Sequence record: OQ885479
DNA from: Escherichia phage SUT_E1520
Reading direction: 5' to 3' (one strand)
DNA: 64,000 nucleotides
Part shown: piece by piece, positions 62,290 to 64,000 of the stretch
Layout: every line of letters begins with the position of its first letter
How positions within the stretch are numbered: the first letter of the stretch is position 1
Notes under the pieces: generated by a model
The model's database searches: none
Told to the model about the DNA's origin: nothing
The model's input: only the letters and a program-made list of their open reading frames with translations
Position numbers and translations under genes: made by a program

Positions 62290-64000
62290 TGGCAGTAACT
62301 ACTAAAATTATTGTACAACAAATATTAAATATTGATGATACTAAAGCTACTGCTAGTAAGTTTCCTAGATATACAGTAACTCTAGGTAATTCTATTAGCT
62401 CTATTACTGCAAGTGAGTTAGTATCTTCTATTGAGGCTGCAGCTAAGTCTGCTGCAGCTGCAAAAGATTCTGAGATAGCGGCTAAAACTTCGGAGCTTAA
62501 TGCTAAGAACTCTGAACAGGAAGCTGCTATTTCTGCTGGAGCTTCTGAAGCCTCTGCCACTCAGTCCGCTACATCTGCTACTCAATCTGCTGCATCAGCT
62601 ACTAAATCGGAGGAATCAGCAGCTGCAGCTAAAATATCTGAGACTAATGCTAAAACTAGCGAAGATAAGGCAAAGGCTAGTGAAACTAATGCAAAAACTA
62701 GTGAGACTAACGCAAAAACTAGTGAGACTAATGCAAAGGCTAGCGAAGATAAGGCAAAGGCTAGTGAAACTAATGCTGCTGCTTCTGCTATTGCAGCAAA
62801 GACTAGTGAAGATAAGGCAAAGGCTAGTGAAACTAATGCTGCTGCTTCTGCTTCGGATTCTAAAGGCTATAGAGATGGGGCAGAAATATTCTCTGCACAA
62901 GCCGCCGCATCAGCATCCGCTGCAAAAACCTCGGAAACTAATGCAAAAGCTAGTGAAACCAATGCAAAAACTAGTGAAACCAATGCAAAAACTAGTGAAA
63001 CCAATGCAGCCCATTCCGCAGCCTCAGCTAGCCAATCAGTAACTACTATTCAAGGCTTAAAATCAGATGTTGAACAGCTAAAAATAGATACACAAGGTAT
63101 TAAGGATACTGCAGTAGCAGAGACAGTAGCTTTAAAATCAGACGTTGAGCAGCTAAAAATAGACACACAGGGAATTAAGGACGCTGCTGTGTCCGAAACT
63201 ACCACGCTAAAAGATGCTGCTGCTGCTTCCGCTGCACAAGCAAGCAATAGCGCTATCGAAGCAGGACAACAAGCTAGCAATGCTGCTGGTAGCGCACAAA
63301 GCGCATCTACAGACGCTGGGCGCGCGGAAGTGGCTGCTGGAAAAGCTGAAGGTATCATTAGTAAATCGTTATTAAAAGAAAATAATCTTTCAGATCTGTT
63401 GGATATCAATGCTTCTCGTCAGACACTCCTTATAGACTCACTTGTGCAAGATGGGGTTCATACTTTTTTATATTCACATAATAGATTATATAGATTTGTT
63501 ATTAGAGATGATGGTCTTATTGTACTTCAGAGAAATGCAACAGGTGACGGAATTTCATGGGAAACTCTTCCATTATCAACTGCGGCTGGGGGTACAGGAG
63601 CAGATACTCCTGAAGGTGCTAGATATAATTTAGGAGTTGATAGGCTGTTTCAGAATTCTGTAGAAACAGTTTTATATTCTCCAAATAAAAACAAGTATCT
63701 AACCATTCCAGCTGACGGGGATCATTGGGGCGTTTATGATGCTACCACCGATCAATGGCTACCACTAGGTATTCAATTTGGTGGTACAGGTGCTAAGGAT
63801 GCGAATGGTATCAGAAATAATATAGGGCTTGGTGAGAAACATGCGCCAAAGTTCCTTAGTCTTAATGTTGAAAATGAAACGGAAAATGCAGTTACTGCAA
63901 ACGCAGGTATATACCATTCAAAACTAAAGAATACCCAAGGCGAAGATATTGGTTCTTCTCAGTCGTATTTTGAGACTCAAGTAGGCGTAGGAAAGCATAC
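62289..64000 (+). CDS. L-shaped tail fibre protein (pb1-like), N-terminal part; gene runs past the window end
   Basis: Open frame from ATG 62289 to the window end, missed by the track because truncated; Ala/Ser-rich with SETNAKT and SEDKAKASETNA peptide repeats. Confidence 0.75.
   Translation, partial: MAVTTKIIVQQILNIDDTKATASKFPRYTVTLGNSISSITASELVSSIEAAAKSAAAAKDSEIAAKTSELNAKNSEQEAAISAGASEASATQSATSATQSAASATKSEESAAAAKISETNAKTSEDKAKASETNAKTSETNAKTSETNAKASEDKAKASETNAAASAIAAKTSEDKAKASETNAAASASDSKGYRDGAEIFSAQAAASASAAKTSETNAKASETNAKTSETNAKTSETNAAHSAASASQSVTTIQGLKSDVEQLKIDTQGIKDTAVAETVALKSDVEQLKIDTQGIKDAAVSETTTLKDAAAASAAQASNSAIEAGQQASNAAGSAQSASTDAGRAEVAAGKAEGIISKSLLKENNLSDLLDINASRQTLLIDSLVQDGVHTFLYSHNRLYRFVIRDDGLIVLQRNATGDGISWETLPLSTAAGGTGADTPEGARYNLGVDRLFQNSVETVLYSPNKNKYLTIPADGDHWGVYDATTDQWLPLGIQFGGTGAKDANGIRNNIGLGEKHAPKFLSLNVENETENAVTANAGIYHSKLKNTQGEDIGSSQSYFETQVGVGKH
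62640..63190 (+). repeat. tandem in-frame repeats inside the tail fibre gene
   Basis: Repeated 21-nt AAAACTAGTGARACYAATGCA units; about 57-bp direct repeat at 63055-63110 and 63112-63167. Confidence 0.65.

Noticed and set aside
62282-63409. Track ORFs 62282..62560 (-), 62500..63042 (+), 62616..62900 (-), 63050..63409 (-)
   Set aside because: All overlap the uninterrupted tail fibre frame that starts at 62289; they are alternate-frame artefacts of the repeat region.

Overview
This window reads as a T5-like siphovirus (Tequintavirus, Demerecviridae), most likely phage T5 or a very close relative, in reverse orientation to the usual T5 map. That identification rests on motif recognition and remembered T5 protein lengths, not on a database search. 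From left to right: (1) an early region of about 27 kb, almost entirely plus-strand, with a tRNA island (24 tRNAs folded by hand between 1683 and 9423), at least 14 near-identical T5-type early promoters, a lysis cassette, a GrcA-like glycyl-radical protein, a dNMP kinase, a ClpP-like protease and two metallophosphoesterases; (2) a pre-early / terminal-repeat-like region (about 27.2-38.1 kb) holding A2-like, A1 and dmp genes, a minus-strand operon of unknown genes, and dense repeat-rich non-coding DNA (iterons, Fur-box-like palindromes, DnaA boxes, LexA-like boxes, inverted repeats); (3) llp and pb5 (oad); (4) the late module from terminase through portal, capsid, tail tube, tape measure and baseplate to the start of the L-shaped tail fibre. 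The least explained parts are several structured non-coding segments inside the tRNA island that do not fold as tRNAs, the inverted-repeat-bounded cassette in the pre-early region, and a run of five small membrane-protein genes downstream of llp. Coordinates taken from the ORF track or anchored to its frames are exact; hand-derived tRNA, promoter, terminator and repeat coordinates are approximate to about 2 bp. The ORF track uses ATG, GTG and TTG starts.
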